DNA from: Picochlorum sp. SENEW3
Taxonomy: Eukaryota
DNA: 64,000 bases
NCBI GenBank assembly: GCA_034226945.1
Contig: CP120459.1
Span: forward strand, 434,001 to 498,000
Direction: 5' to 3'
In this document: positions 53,656 to 64,000 of the stretch, one piece after another
How positions within the stretch are numbered: position 1 is the stretch's first letter
Layout of the letters: every line of letters begins with the position of its first letter
The notes under the pieces: model-generated
The model's input: only the letters and a program-made list of their open reading frames with translations
The model's database searches: none
Told to the model about the DNA's origin: nothing
Position numbers and translations under genes: made by a program

Positions 53656-55855
53656 ATGTCGCTGGTACAGAGGTACCAGCGACGACGTCTTTTGGGTTTG
53701 GTACGCGCATCCTAGTATATATGGAATATTGGAATGGAATTTTTATGACGATTACAACGTGTGTGAACAGGATGGGATACGGAGGGCGTATGAGAGTTTT
53801 GTAGAGTCTGGTGTCGTGGCCACACGTTTGTCCATGATTCCAGTTTCAGAGATGACCGCTCGTCGTATCCATACGCAGCATGGGTGGAAAGGACTGTCTT
53901 TGAAATATGCTTCATATGGTAGCGGTAATAGTAGCCACAGTGCTGGTGGCGTTGCGAAAGGGAGCGATTGGGTTTCTATGTTGGTGAGGAGGTTTGTCTC
54001 CAGGCGAGGGATGAGTACGGCTCGTTCTGGCGGGGGTATGTTTCAATATTCTTCCATGGCAGGGATGAGTATTCCTGAGGATGCGATGGGACAGCGCAAG
54101 CTTGTGCAAGAATTGATGAGGACGGGTCAGCATGAGAGTGTGGTGGGGTTGTGGGAGAGTGGGAGGTTGGTGCAGCCTGAGGCTGTGTTTTCAGAGTACG
54201 TGACAGCGTTGGCCAAGATGAACAAGCTTGATAATACCGTTTTGGTGGATACGTTGAAGAGAGGGTATCAGCAGCAGGCTCAAGGTGTGACATCGTCATA
54301 TGCCGCGAGTGCTGCTGGGGTGGGTGGTACCAGTGGTCCTCTGGGTAGTATGAAGAATCCGTTATATATGATGCAAGCTGAGCCGACGTTTTGGTCTCAA
54401 ATGTGGCGATCGATTCGGGTCTTGGGGCTGGCATTCTTGTTCATGGCTGGGCTTGGGGCTATGGCGGAGGAGCGAGGGTTGTCAAAGGGTATATTGAATA
54501 ATCCTGATGTACAGCCGCAGATGGATGCGAGCACAAAATTCGAGGATGTGAAGGGGGTTGATGAGGCTAAAGGAGAGCTCGAAGAGATTGTAGCGTATTT
54601 GAGGGATCCGGATAAGTTTACCAAGTTGGGGGGCAAGTTGCCCAAAGGCGTGCTGCTGGTGGGGCCTCCTGGGACTGGGAAGACCATGCTGGCGAGGGCG
54701 ATAGCCGGTGAGGCTGGTGTGCCTTTCTTCTATACGTCTGGGTCTGAGTTTGAAGAGATGTTTGTTGGCGTTGGTGCTCGTCGTGTGAGGGATTTATTTG
54801 CTGCAGCAAAAAAGTCGTCTCCATGTATTATTTTTATCGATGAGATTGATGCAATTGGTGGTTCTAGGAATCCAAAGGATCAGCAGTACATGAAGATGAC
54901 GCTGAATCAGCTTCTTGTGGAATTAGATGGATTCAAACCGAGTGAAGGTGTGATTGTCGTGGCTGCAACAAACTTTCCTGAATCTTTGGATAAGGCATTG
55001 GTGCGGCCTGGGCGTTTTGATCGACATGTGGTTGTTCCAAATCCTGATGTGAAGGGTAGAAAACAAATTTTAGAAGCTCATTTTAAGGGAATCAAAAGGT
55101 CTGGTGATGTGGATTTGAACACAATTGCGAGAGGCACGCCTGGGTTTTCTGGAGCTGATCTTGCCAACTTGGTCAACATTGCAGCCTTGAGGGCTGCAAG
55201 TCAGGGTGCAAGCTCGGTAGATATGCAGGCACTCGAGTATGCAAAAGACAGGATTCTTATGGGGGCGGAGAGGAAGAGTGCTGTGATATCAGAGAAGAAC
55301 AGGAGATTAACGGCGTATCATGAGGGTGGGCATGCCTTGGTTGCACTGTACACGGATGGGGCGCATCCTGTGCACAAGGCCACGGTGGTGCCCCGCGGTG
55401 TTGCCTTGGGAATGGTGATGCAACTTCCTGAATCTGATGATGAGACGAGTATTACGCGACGACAACTGTTGGCCAAGCTTGATGTTGCCATGGGAGGACG
55501 AGCGGCTGAGGAACTCATTTTTGGTGACGCAGATGTCACCACGGGTGCATCCTCCGACCTGGAGCAAGCAACGCGACTTGCACGAGCTATGGTGACAAAA
55601 TATGGAATGAGCGATATTATTGGTCAGGTTGCCATTGCGTATGATGACATGGGGAATTTGAGTTCAGAAACGAGAGCTCTTGTGGAAGCAGAAGTGAAGA
55701 AATTGGTGACTGCGGCCCATGACAGGGCACAGGCATTGTTGAAAAAGCACGAAAAGGAGCTGCATACGCTTGCCAAAGAACTCATCGAGAAAGAAACACT
55801 TTCTGGACACCAGATTAAAGATCTCCTGGGTCTGAAAGATACGTCAAGTGCGTAG
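53656..55855 (+). CDS. FTSH4: Mitochondrial i-AAA protease FtsH4/YME1; intron 53701-53770
   Basis: [42 protein letters not shown]. Confidence 0.93.
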
Positions 55856-55862
55856 AAGTGTA

Positions 55863-57026
55863 TTACACATCATCATGTAACATCTTGCCAGATTTTGTTT
55901 CGAGTTCATGAAACCTTTTCTCCGCATCAGTCTCATCAACTCGCTCCTGTTCTTTCAATTTCACCACCTTTGAATCATTATAAATTACCAAAACTTCAGG
56001 AATACCGTCTCCACATCCCTTGGACAATCCCACATCAACACGATACACAGTGTCCTCACATGCAGAATTAATGCCCTTCCCCTGAATCGTGTGCCCTACA
56101 ACCATGCGCTCTGCCCCCGGTATTTTTGATAACGCGTCTTTCAATGCGTCGCAATCACAATACTCCTCATTCTCATGCGAATAATCCCTAGCCCACACGA
56201 CCGCTCTCCGCCCAGACAAGAATGCTGGTTTTCCCTCTACAGGCTCTCGTTTCAAAACCCAATCCTGCGTCTCATGGTTGATCTTCTCAATTCCATACTT
56301 TGCATGATGCGGTAAAAGCCCACCATGTACAAAAACAGTCGAGCCAATTGCCAAAATAACAGGATTGGGGGCGATAAACCGTTTACTAAATTCTCCTCCA
56401 GGCTCCAAAGCAGCACGCCGAGATGCAGAAACAACTTCATGCGTACTCGTATTCATATACATTCTCGCCATCTCAATGGATCTATTAGAACATGGAGCGC
56501 ATTTGGATTTCAACGCAACCCCTAATGCATGCGCACGAGCCCATCTAGAAAAATCCGCCATACCCCCGGGCGTTGCATACCGAAACTGATGATCAACATT
56601 CATCGTCTCGTGATTCCCATTCAACACATACAAGGCACCACCAGACCTACTAGCTTGTTTCTGTAGCCTTTCAAACCAGTAATATAGTTCAACTTCGTTA
56701 TTCCCCCGATCCAATACATCTCCCACCTGCACAGCAACCGTCTTTCCACCCACCCAACTCCCTTTGTCATCGATCAACCCTGCCAATTTGAACGCTCTCT
56801 TTGCTTTATGCACATCACCATGCACATCACCAATTGCAACAATCTTATCAACTTTTCCAAGCCTTGTTGGTGGTCGAGGAATGGGTGACCCATCACACCC
56901 AAATCCACCCTTTTCGTCCCCACACCATGCGCCTCGAGCATGGGACGATTCGGTCACAGCAGTCACAAAACGCGACCAAATCTTTGGGAAGAATCTGTTG
57001 CAATACGCTCGTTGCTCCTCACTCAT
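55863..57026 (-). CDS. Shewanella-like protein phosphatase
   Basis: GDVHG, GDVLDRG, GNHE, VHGG, MVVGHTIQ, RVDVGLS motifs. Confidence 0.9.
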   Translation of the reverse strand: MSEEQRAYCNRFFPKIWSRFVTAVTESSHARGAWCGDEKGGFGCDGSPIPRPPTRLGKVDKIVAIGDVHGDVHKAKRAFKLAGLIDDKGSWVGGKTVAVQVGDVLDRGNNEVELYYWFERLQKQASRSGGALYVLNGNHETMNVDHQFRYATPGGMADFSRWARAHALGVALKSKCAPCSNRSIEMARMYMNTSTHEVVSASRRAALEPGGEFSKRFIAPNPVILAIGSTVFVHGGLLPHHAKYGIEKINHETQDWVLKREPVEGKPAFLSGRRAVVWARDYSHENEEYCDCDALKDALSKIPGAERMVVGHTIQGKGINSACEDTVYRVDVGLSKGCGDGIPEVLVIYNDSKVVKLKEQERVDETDAEKRFHELETKSGKMLHDDV

Positions 57027-57623
57027 GAGGAATACTATATAGAAGAGGGTTCAGGTTCTTAGACACCAACCTAAAAAAGAAAGCTGTGATGCAATGGATG
57101 AGATATATATGCGTCTACTCTGCCAATCTACTGATTCCCTTGCTGATGTATTCTTACCACGCCGCTGTTGAATCGCGAATGAGCTTGCTCTCGCTTCCCG
57201 TGTGTTGCGTCTTCTTCCTGGGAGAGTAGTTCAACTTGAAAGCAGGAGAAGAACAAGGAGAGACCTCTCTCCTCTGTCGTCGCGAATATTCTTCCTTCTG
57301 CTCAGCCCCTCTCGCGCACACATACAATGCTTTACACCAGTACTATTAAATCTATATAGAAATGCTGAAATCTATCTGTGTAGTGGCGTGTTCAAGTCGA
57401 ACAATCTCTTGAGAATGCAATTTTCCTACATTCGAACAATAAAATATTTCTTGCGACCGAGTACATGGATTGTTTGTCACAATACTCTCAGGGCAGAACA
57501 AAAGATATGCAGGAGGCACATGGGAAGGAGTGTTTGAAAGAATGAGAGGGAGTAGTAGTGCGTGAAAGAAGAGGATAAGACTTGTCTGAATTGTATCGAA
57601 ATTTTGCAAACAAATCTGACAGC

Positions 57624-58416
57624 ATGTGGATGGATGTGTCGACGATTCTAGTGTATGCTGGATTCTATCTATTTATTATCTTTATTTCTCTAGGTATAGG
57701 TACGTTTTAGACCATGGGAGGCTGCTATGTGGTATTCGTACAAGGAGAGATAAACTGGACTTATTGTTTTTTTTGTATTGTACACCATGTATGCAGCGTG
57801 TGCCTTGTACTATGTCGCCGAGCTGGTGGAGGAGTACTTGAAAACAGCAAAGCGGTTGTTGGAGTATGTGGTCAAGGTGACGGTTGTTGCAAACCTCGCG
57901 TTGTTAATAGATGGGATGCCCATCTATTGTGTTGCGTGTGGGGTGGTATCGCAGGTGTTGTATTACAGAGTGTTGCAGGCGAAGCGGTTTCCGTATCTTG
58001 ATATGCTCAGTCCAGAGATTTTGACGGCCTTTCTTGGGTGTATAGTCACATCTGGTCTGTGGGTGACGTACTTTTGGCATTCCAGGTATTCAAATGAATA
58101 TGTGGCGTCCTTCATGTTGACGACAACGTGGTTGGTTCCGTTCGTGTTGTCGTTGTGTTTGGCAGGAGGCGAGAATGCATTGCCTGGGGCTGGAGGAATT
58201 CCACCGCCAGCCAGTAGTAGCATGGGATCACCGTTCGTGACTGCTGCTCCCTCAGGATCCCACTATTCCAGGAATGGGCAGGCAGGTAGTGGTAGCAGGG
58301 AGAAGAAGCGCCGAGGATGGGCTCTTCAAATTTTAGACTTTTTGGGCAAAAAGTCAAAGGAAGGGATTGAGAGTATGCCCCTAGAGCCTGCTATGATGCC
58401 GAAAGAAAAAATTTAG
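57624..58416 (+). CDS. TEX261/Svp26 ER-Golgi membrane adaptor, two exons
   Basis: Exon 1 MWMDVSTILVYAGFYLFIIFISLGI spliced to ACALYYVAELVEEY; WLVPF...GENALP. Confidence 0.85.
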
Positions 58417-58489
58417 TGAATCAATTATGTTGTAAATATTATTATCATCTCCAAAGAAAAACACGTGTTGTGATAATATGATAGTCTTC

Positions 58490-60763
58490 TTACTGATGCT
58501 GCTTCTGGTTCTCTCTCTTTGCCTTGAAATCATCGATTGATGTGTACTCAGTCTCCAGGAGATGGGCAAGCTTTGGATGCATCTTGATCCCAGAATTTTC
58601 TGGGAGACCATGGTAATGATGGTATGCCCAGAATTTCTCCAAACCGTACAACTGACCAGCTTCTTGGTCTTTCAGAACAAACTCTTCAAATTCTTTGTAT
58701 ATTTTTTTGCTGAATTGAGCCTCGAGGCCGTAGGAGTAGAAGCGGAACAAACACTCTATTCCGTAATGGTATCCCTGCTCTGAATCATCCAATGCATACT
58801 TTTTGAAATCTTCATACATGCTATCATTGAAGTTATCCCTGAGAAAATAACACCAGAATCTAAACAAAGTGTTCATTTCTTCGCTAAGCCCTACTCCTTT
58901 TTGGGCTCTTTCTTCAATGCATCTATCATGGAATTTCTTATACTTCATCTGAGTAAATCCATTCTCTTCAAGCAATTGATAACTGGGGTGCTGAAATTTT
59001 TGTATTGGAGCAGATGACCCAAGGTGTGACCCGGATTTTCTACTGCCTGGAGACATGAAACTGGCATCCCCTGGGGTCGACCCGAGCACCCATCCTACTG
59101 CAACAGATGGTCTAGAGTGCACGTCCTTGCCTAGTGATTTCGGTCGCCCATTGAAACTCTGGCCCAGGGAAGCAGGGTAAAAATTGGCATTCACGTTATA
59201 TTTTGCATGTTTGTTCCCGTTTGCCATAGGTTGTGGGTTGGAGACGGTCTTGCTTCCCGACCTGTGTTCTGCAGTCTTGCGGAGTTCTTGACCGTATAAT
59301 TCCAACCCGTCATTAATCACTGCCTTCATGTCTCCCACCGAGCTCAAATTGGACGATTCTTTTTTCTTTCGGTTGGAAGGCTTCACGACGATCAACCGGG
59401 AAATCTCATCATCTGTCATTTTTGAGGAGTCTGCTCCAGCTTCATCCTGATGCTCTTCATCGAGTTGAAACACGTCATCCTCCTCTCTAGCCCCCTCCTC
59501 GTTCTCCACCACTAGATTTTTAACAAGCGCAGACTTTTTATTTTTGTCTGATGTACTTGCTTTGGTGTCTACAGCAGGTGGCTCTGGAGACTTGATATTA
59601 GGATCTCGCTGAGATTCGTCGAGAACCCATTGTTCGTAGCCATCCCTAGCCCTCAAAAACATCCCATCATCGGACAGTTCTACCACTGATGAAGAACTCA
59701 AAGCGCTATAGATGATTGTCAAATCAGGAGTCAACATTCGAACTCTATTGAATGCTGCAATGATTGCCAACTCAACCCACCCATGAGCATCCATTTTGCC
59801 CCTCAAAAACAAATCCTTTGCCAAATTCTGTGGAGAAAAGTAGTAATCAATTTGGTTCCTCACGGCCGTCATAACCGATTCCACATTTGTCATCCCAACA
59901 TTTGCTGGCATGCCATACGCTGCTGGTGGATAAAACACCCCAGGAGCCGTTGGATACATCATCTGAGGAACTCCATACGGCATGGTAGCCATAGGAATCT
60001 GCTGACCGCCACCCTTGTGACCACCATATCCATGTCGACCCCTTGACCCTTTTCCCTTCTTCCCACCTTCCTGGGAATCATCACCAGAGTACCCCTTTTT
60101 CCCTCGGTGCCCTTTGGAACCAGACTTTTGTTTGTTCCCTTCCTTGGGAGCATCATCCTTCTGATCCTGTTTGTTACCACCTTTTCGATTTTTCTTCGAA
60201 TGTTTACCCTTACCCTGCTGTTCACTCGCCGCAGATGACTCGGACTTGCTCGCAGCTATGGCAGCAGCGGCCGCAGCAGCTTGCTCTCTCTGCTTCTTCT
60301 TTGGCAAAGGCTCCTTTGAATCCACCAAAGATGGCCATGACACAACTGCTTCAGGAATAGGAACCTCTTCAGGCTTGGCAGCCGCATCTATATTCCACGC
60401 AGGCTTGTTCTTCTTCTTCTCTTGCTGCTGCTCTCCCACCTCTGGAGACTCTGCCATAGACTTGTCCACCTTCTTCTCCTCTCCCTTCTCCACACTCTCC
60501 ACACCCTGTCGCTCTGTACCTGTACTGTTACCTTGATGAGAAGAATCCGCCTGCTGCGCTGGAGTCACAACGCTCACCTCCTTCTCCTCTGCATCAACTA
60601 CTCCCTGACTTGCCTTGACAACAGCACTCCACGGCTTTTGAGCACCAACAGCCCCAGCAGAACGCTTACCAACCTCCTACAACACACCCAAACACCCATG
60701 AAGATCCCTCTTCAGCACACAAACACCATCAACACAATCTCATACCTGCTCCTTCTCCACCAT
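58490..60763 (-). CDS. LARP1: La-related protein 1 (La motif plus DM15), short first exon MVEKEQ
   Basis: QIDYYFSPQNLAKDLFLR, FQHPSYQLLEENGF, EMNTLFRFW, YGLEKFWAY. Confidence 0.93.
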
Positions 60764-61484
60764 CTTGCTCGAATCACTCATAGCCGTCACCTCTCTCCTT
60801 CCCGACAAAGACACAGCAAATACACACACCGGCGCCGACCTGCTTCCGCGATCAAAATTAAATACAATATACCACTATTCTCTGTTTTAATGGCACCTCT
60901 CGTCCGCTGTGTTCACTCAGGACCTCTCAACGCTTCCTGCGACTCGCGACCCTCTGCTCCTTCGTCTTTGTTGACAAAAAACAGTCTTCGTCTGTCACAC
61001 GTTCCTATTTCTTTGTCCACCTAGACAGTATAATACATCAATATGGAATATTGAGCCAATCTCAACTCCAAGTTGCTCAAAAATAGTCTCAATCTCAGTG
61101 GCAGCCTGCCAAGAATGTGATTATTCGAATGGTCTTGGCTTCTCAAGACACGAATTCCACAAACGTATAAGACGTTTGAATACCACGAGTACCGAAACTG
61201 AGTACAATAAATAGTTAAGACTGAAAAGAGGGCCTTCCTGGAGAACACAAGCTCGTCTTGTCTCCGCTGCAAGGATGGAAATCCCTTATCCATTCACATC
61301 CCATCTAAAACGCACATTGACCGATGATACTACCCAATCCATCATCAGTCCACCATGCTCACCATCAAACCATCTCTTGGATGGGAATGAAACCATCTGC
61401 CACCTCTCCATCGTCCTGGGCGACGACAACATTCCAGTCTACGCCTTCCCTCCCCCAGTATTATATTATCTTAGAGCAGTAAAA

Positions 61485-62584
61485 ATGGTTCGTGGTCCTA
61501 AGAAGCATTTGAAGAGGCTGAATGCCCCAAAGCATTGGATGCTTGATAAGCTTGGAGGAATCTTTGTACGTGTGTGACCGATGGCTGCTGCGGTGGCTGC
61601 TGTGGGTTGGGACGGCGTGGGATGGGATGTGGTGTAGTTTCATCAATGTCTTATATATTAAAAATTGAAGGGCGTTGTTCGATGGATATCCATGGAGCGA
61701 CGACGGCGTCGGCTAAATGAAATTACCTTGTCGGATGCGGCGCTCTATTCTAACGATTGCATCGTGCGATTTGCAGGCTCCAAAGCCATCAGCAGGTCCA
61801 CATAAGACACGTGAGTGTCTTCCTTTGATTTTGCTGTTGAGAAATAGACTCAAGTACGTGTTTTTTTTAGCATGTTTTGGATTCGGTCTTTGTTCTCCAC
61901 ATTGCTGAACAACCATTCTCATTCTAATAATATTTGAATTATTAATGCAGGTATGCCTTGAACGGAAAGGAGGTGAACTCTATTCTGATGAACCGCTTGG
62001 TCCAGGTTGACGGAAAGGTCCGCACAGACAAGACCTACCCAGTCGGATTCATGGATGTGATCACCATTCCAAAGACCGATGAGCACTTCCGCTTGGTGTA
62101 TGATGCCAAGGGACGTTTCACCGTTCACCGCATTTCGAAAGAGGAGGCTGCCTACAAGCTGTGCAAGGTTCGCCGTGTCCAGTTTGGCAAGGGAGGTGTG
62201 CCATACATTGCCACCCACGATGGCCGCACTATTCGCTACCCTGACCCAGATATCAAGGAGAATGATACCGTCATGTTTGATATTGAGAGTGGAAAGATCA
62301 GAGACTTTATCAAGTTTGACGTTGGAAACATGTGCATGGTGACTGGAGGTCATAACAATGGACGTGTAGGAATCATTGTGCACAAGGAGAAGCACAAGGG
62401 AGCCTTTGATATCATCCAGATTAAGGATGCTGCTGGACACACATTTGCCACACGTGTTACAAATGTGTTTGTTATTGGAAAGGGTGACAAGCCACTCATC
62501 TCCATGCCAAAGGGCAAGGGAATTAGATCCACAATCTTGGAGGAGCAGGCCAAGATTTATGGAAAGAGTATCCAGGATGCGTAA
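61485..62584 (+). CDS. RPS4: 40S ribosomal protein S4; exons 61485-61565, 61777-61853, 61951-62584
   Basis: [37 protein letters not shown]...-YALNGKEV. Confidence 0.97.
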
Positions 62585-62706
62585 TTTACATGTATTGGTA
62601 GTTTCTGTAGTATCATTCACAGTCGTATGAGCGAGTGTGTGTAACAATGAATACATAATGATAATGATAAACATGGTGGTAGTAGTAGTAGTAGTAGTAG
62701 TACTAG

Positions 62707-62946
62707 TGTCTCTGGTCCCAAGCAGTATATGGTCATGTCTGGGACGCTCATGTCTTCTTTTTCATAGAGACAGAGCATGTGTGGGACACCCATGCTACCG
62801 CGGGGGTTGTCCCATCAAACATGGTCTTGGACCGGAGAGGGTACCTCAATCGCCAACTACTTTCGACTACTCGAGCATTTCGACTACCCGACGATACGCC
62901 CCATGTTCTTGTATGCTCCTTGGTACCCTCGACCAAAGATACAACT
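62707..62946. ncRNA. Candidate structured ncRNA (H/ACA-like)
   Basis: Consecutive stems GTCCCA/TGGGAC, TGGGACA/TGTCCCA, GAGGGTACC/GGTACCCTC; AGAGCA hinge and ACA motifs. Confidence 0.4.
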
Positions 62947-63321
62947 TTAGGATAGTAAATTATCTATAATTGGGATGGAGATTAATATAGAAGCAGATAC
63001 GAGGGGTCGAAGGAGTCATTCCGGTAGGATCTCCCTACCTGCGACATCCGTCCCACAACCTCCTCGAGTGAAAGTTGGGAAGGGAGGGAAGGATCATTCT
63101 AGAATAGTTTCATTAAAGGTTTGTTTTGATGCCATCGATCTGTGCTACGGGTGATTGATTGTTGGAAGAGGTTGCGAAGGATCTGTGTTGTGGGTGGCAT
63201 TCTCGTGTGGGGTGTGGGGGCAAAATGGGTGGCTGTGGGTGTCTGAATTTGGCATGATGTATTTTTAGAGAGTTTTTGGTGGGTGACTTAACGGTTTTAT
63301 GGCATATTGATGTGGTTGCAG

Positions 63322-64000
63322 TTGGAAGCGGAAGCTCTACAGATTTCTCCTCGGAGTCCACTCGTGAGTACGACTTTGGTGGAGAATGGATGGATATGCG
63401 GTATGTATTTTATAATAATACGGGAGTGTGGCGCTGATGGATGCATCATTGAGATGAGTTTGTATGTGTAGGGGAAAATGCGCACGGGCAGTTGGGAGTG
63501 TCACAAAAGTCTCAGGTGGTTGAGCCAACGCCACTGTCGTCGCAGCGATGGCAGGCTATTAGTCTTGGAGGAAAGCATAGTGCTGGGGTTGGAGATGGAG
63601 GGGAAGTGTATACGTGGGGGATGAATGATAAGGGGCAGTTGGGAGCTCCTGGTGGACCAAAGGCTGGCATGTGGGATGTTCCTCGGAGAGTAGAGCTTTT
63701 GTATGGATGGGATGTGCAGGGTGTTGCGTGCGGAGAGAATCATACAGTTGCGATAACACCGCATGATGTGATTACGTGGGGAGCGAATGATAAGGGGCAG
63801 TGCGGGCATGGAGAGAGGGCTGAGGTGGATTGGGTAAAGCCAAGGAGCCTCAAGTTTCTGCACGGTCAGATGGTTACCCAAGTTGTGTGTGGCTCTCATC
63901 ATACGTTGTGTGTGACGGCGACGTCGTTGGTGTTTGCGTGGGGAGATAATTCGTCCGGACAATTAGGGCTTGGGGATTTGAGGAATAGAAAGTCTCCATC
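63322..64000 (+). CDS. RCC1-repeat protein, partial (5' exon uncertain, runs off window)
   Basis: GENAHGQLG, GGKHS...VYTWGMNDKGQLG, ACGENHT...TWGANDKGQCG, CGSHHT...AWGDNSSGQLG. Confidence 0.88.

Noticed and set aside
61360..61400. AAACCAT copies resembling the snR30/U17 m2 motif
   Set aside because: No m1 motif on the same strand and no H/ACA frame around them
62676..62700. (GTA)n tract, and (TA)n tracts near 10290 and 30534
   Set aside because: Ordinary short microsatellites in UTR or intergenic DNA
62940..62955. TTTAGG as a telomerase template or telomeric repeat
   Set aside because: Single partial match lacking a full CCCTAAA template

Overview
Gene-dense nuclear DNA from a compact-genome green alga. 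Picochlorum-like Trebouxiophyceae is an inference from short GT-AG introns, TGTAA poly(A) signals, plastid-targeted proteins and histone 3' palindromes. About 40 protein genes are present, several split across exons that the ORF track missed. Housekeeping genes include CCT8, RPLP0, RPS4, SGR, ASCC2, CAF-1A, OEP24, ISE2, COA5, IMPL1, Gemin2, PES, NBS1, LTV1, FtsH4, SLP phosphatase and LARP1. Highlights: (1) a four-core-histone cluster whose genes all carry a 3' stem-loop followed at near-fixed distance by a conserved TGGAA element, resembling a U7-type downstream element; (2) a tandem array of five paralogous secreted Cys-domain proteins of unknown function, two of them near-identical except for one variable block, with a pogo-type transposon and an atypical Ubc6-like E2 interleaved; (3) a CAF-1 large subunit fused to a homeodomain; (4) a likely bicistronic COA5-ISE2 unit; (5) a secreted EP(A/S)P-repeat trypsin-like protease; (6) two bacterial-like genes; (7) candidate snoRNAs and structured ncRNAs. 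All calls come from reading the sequence; no searches were run.
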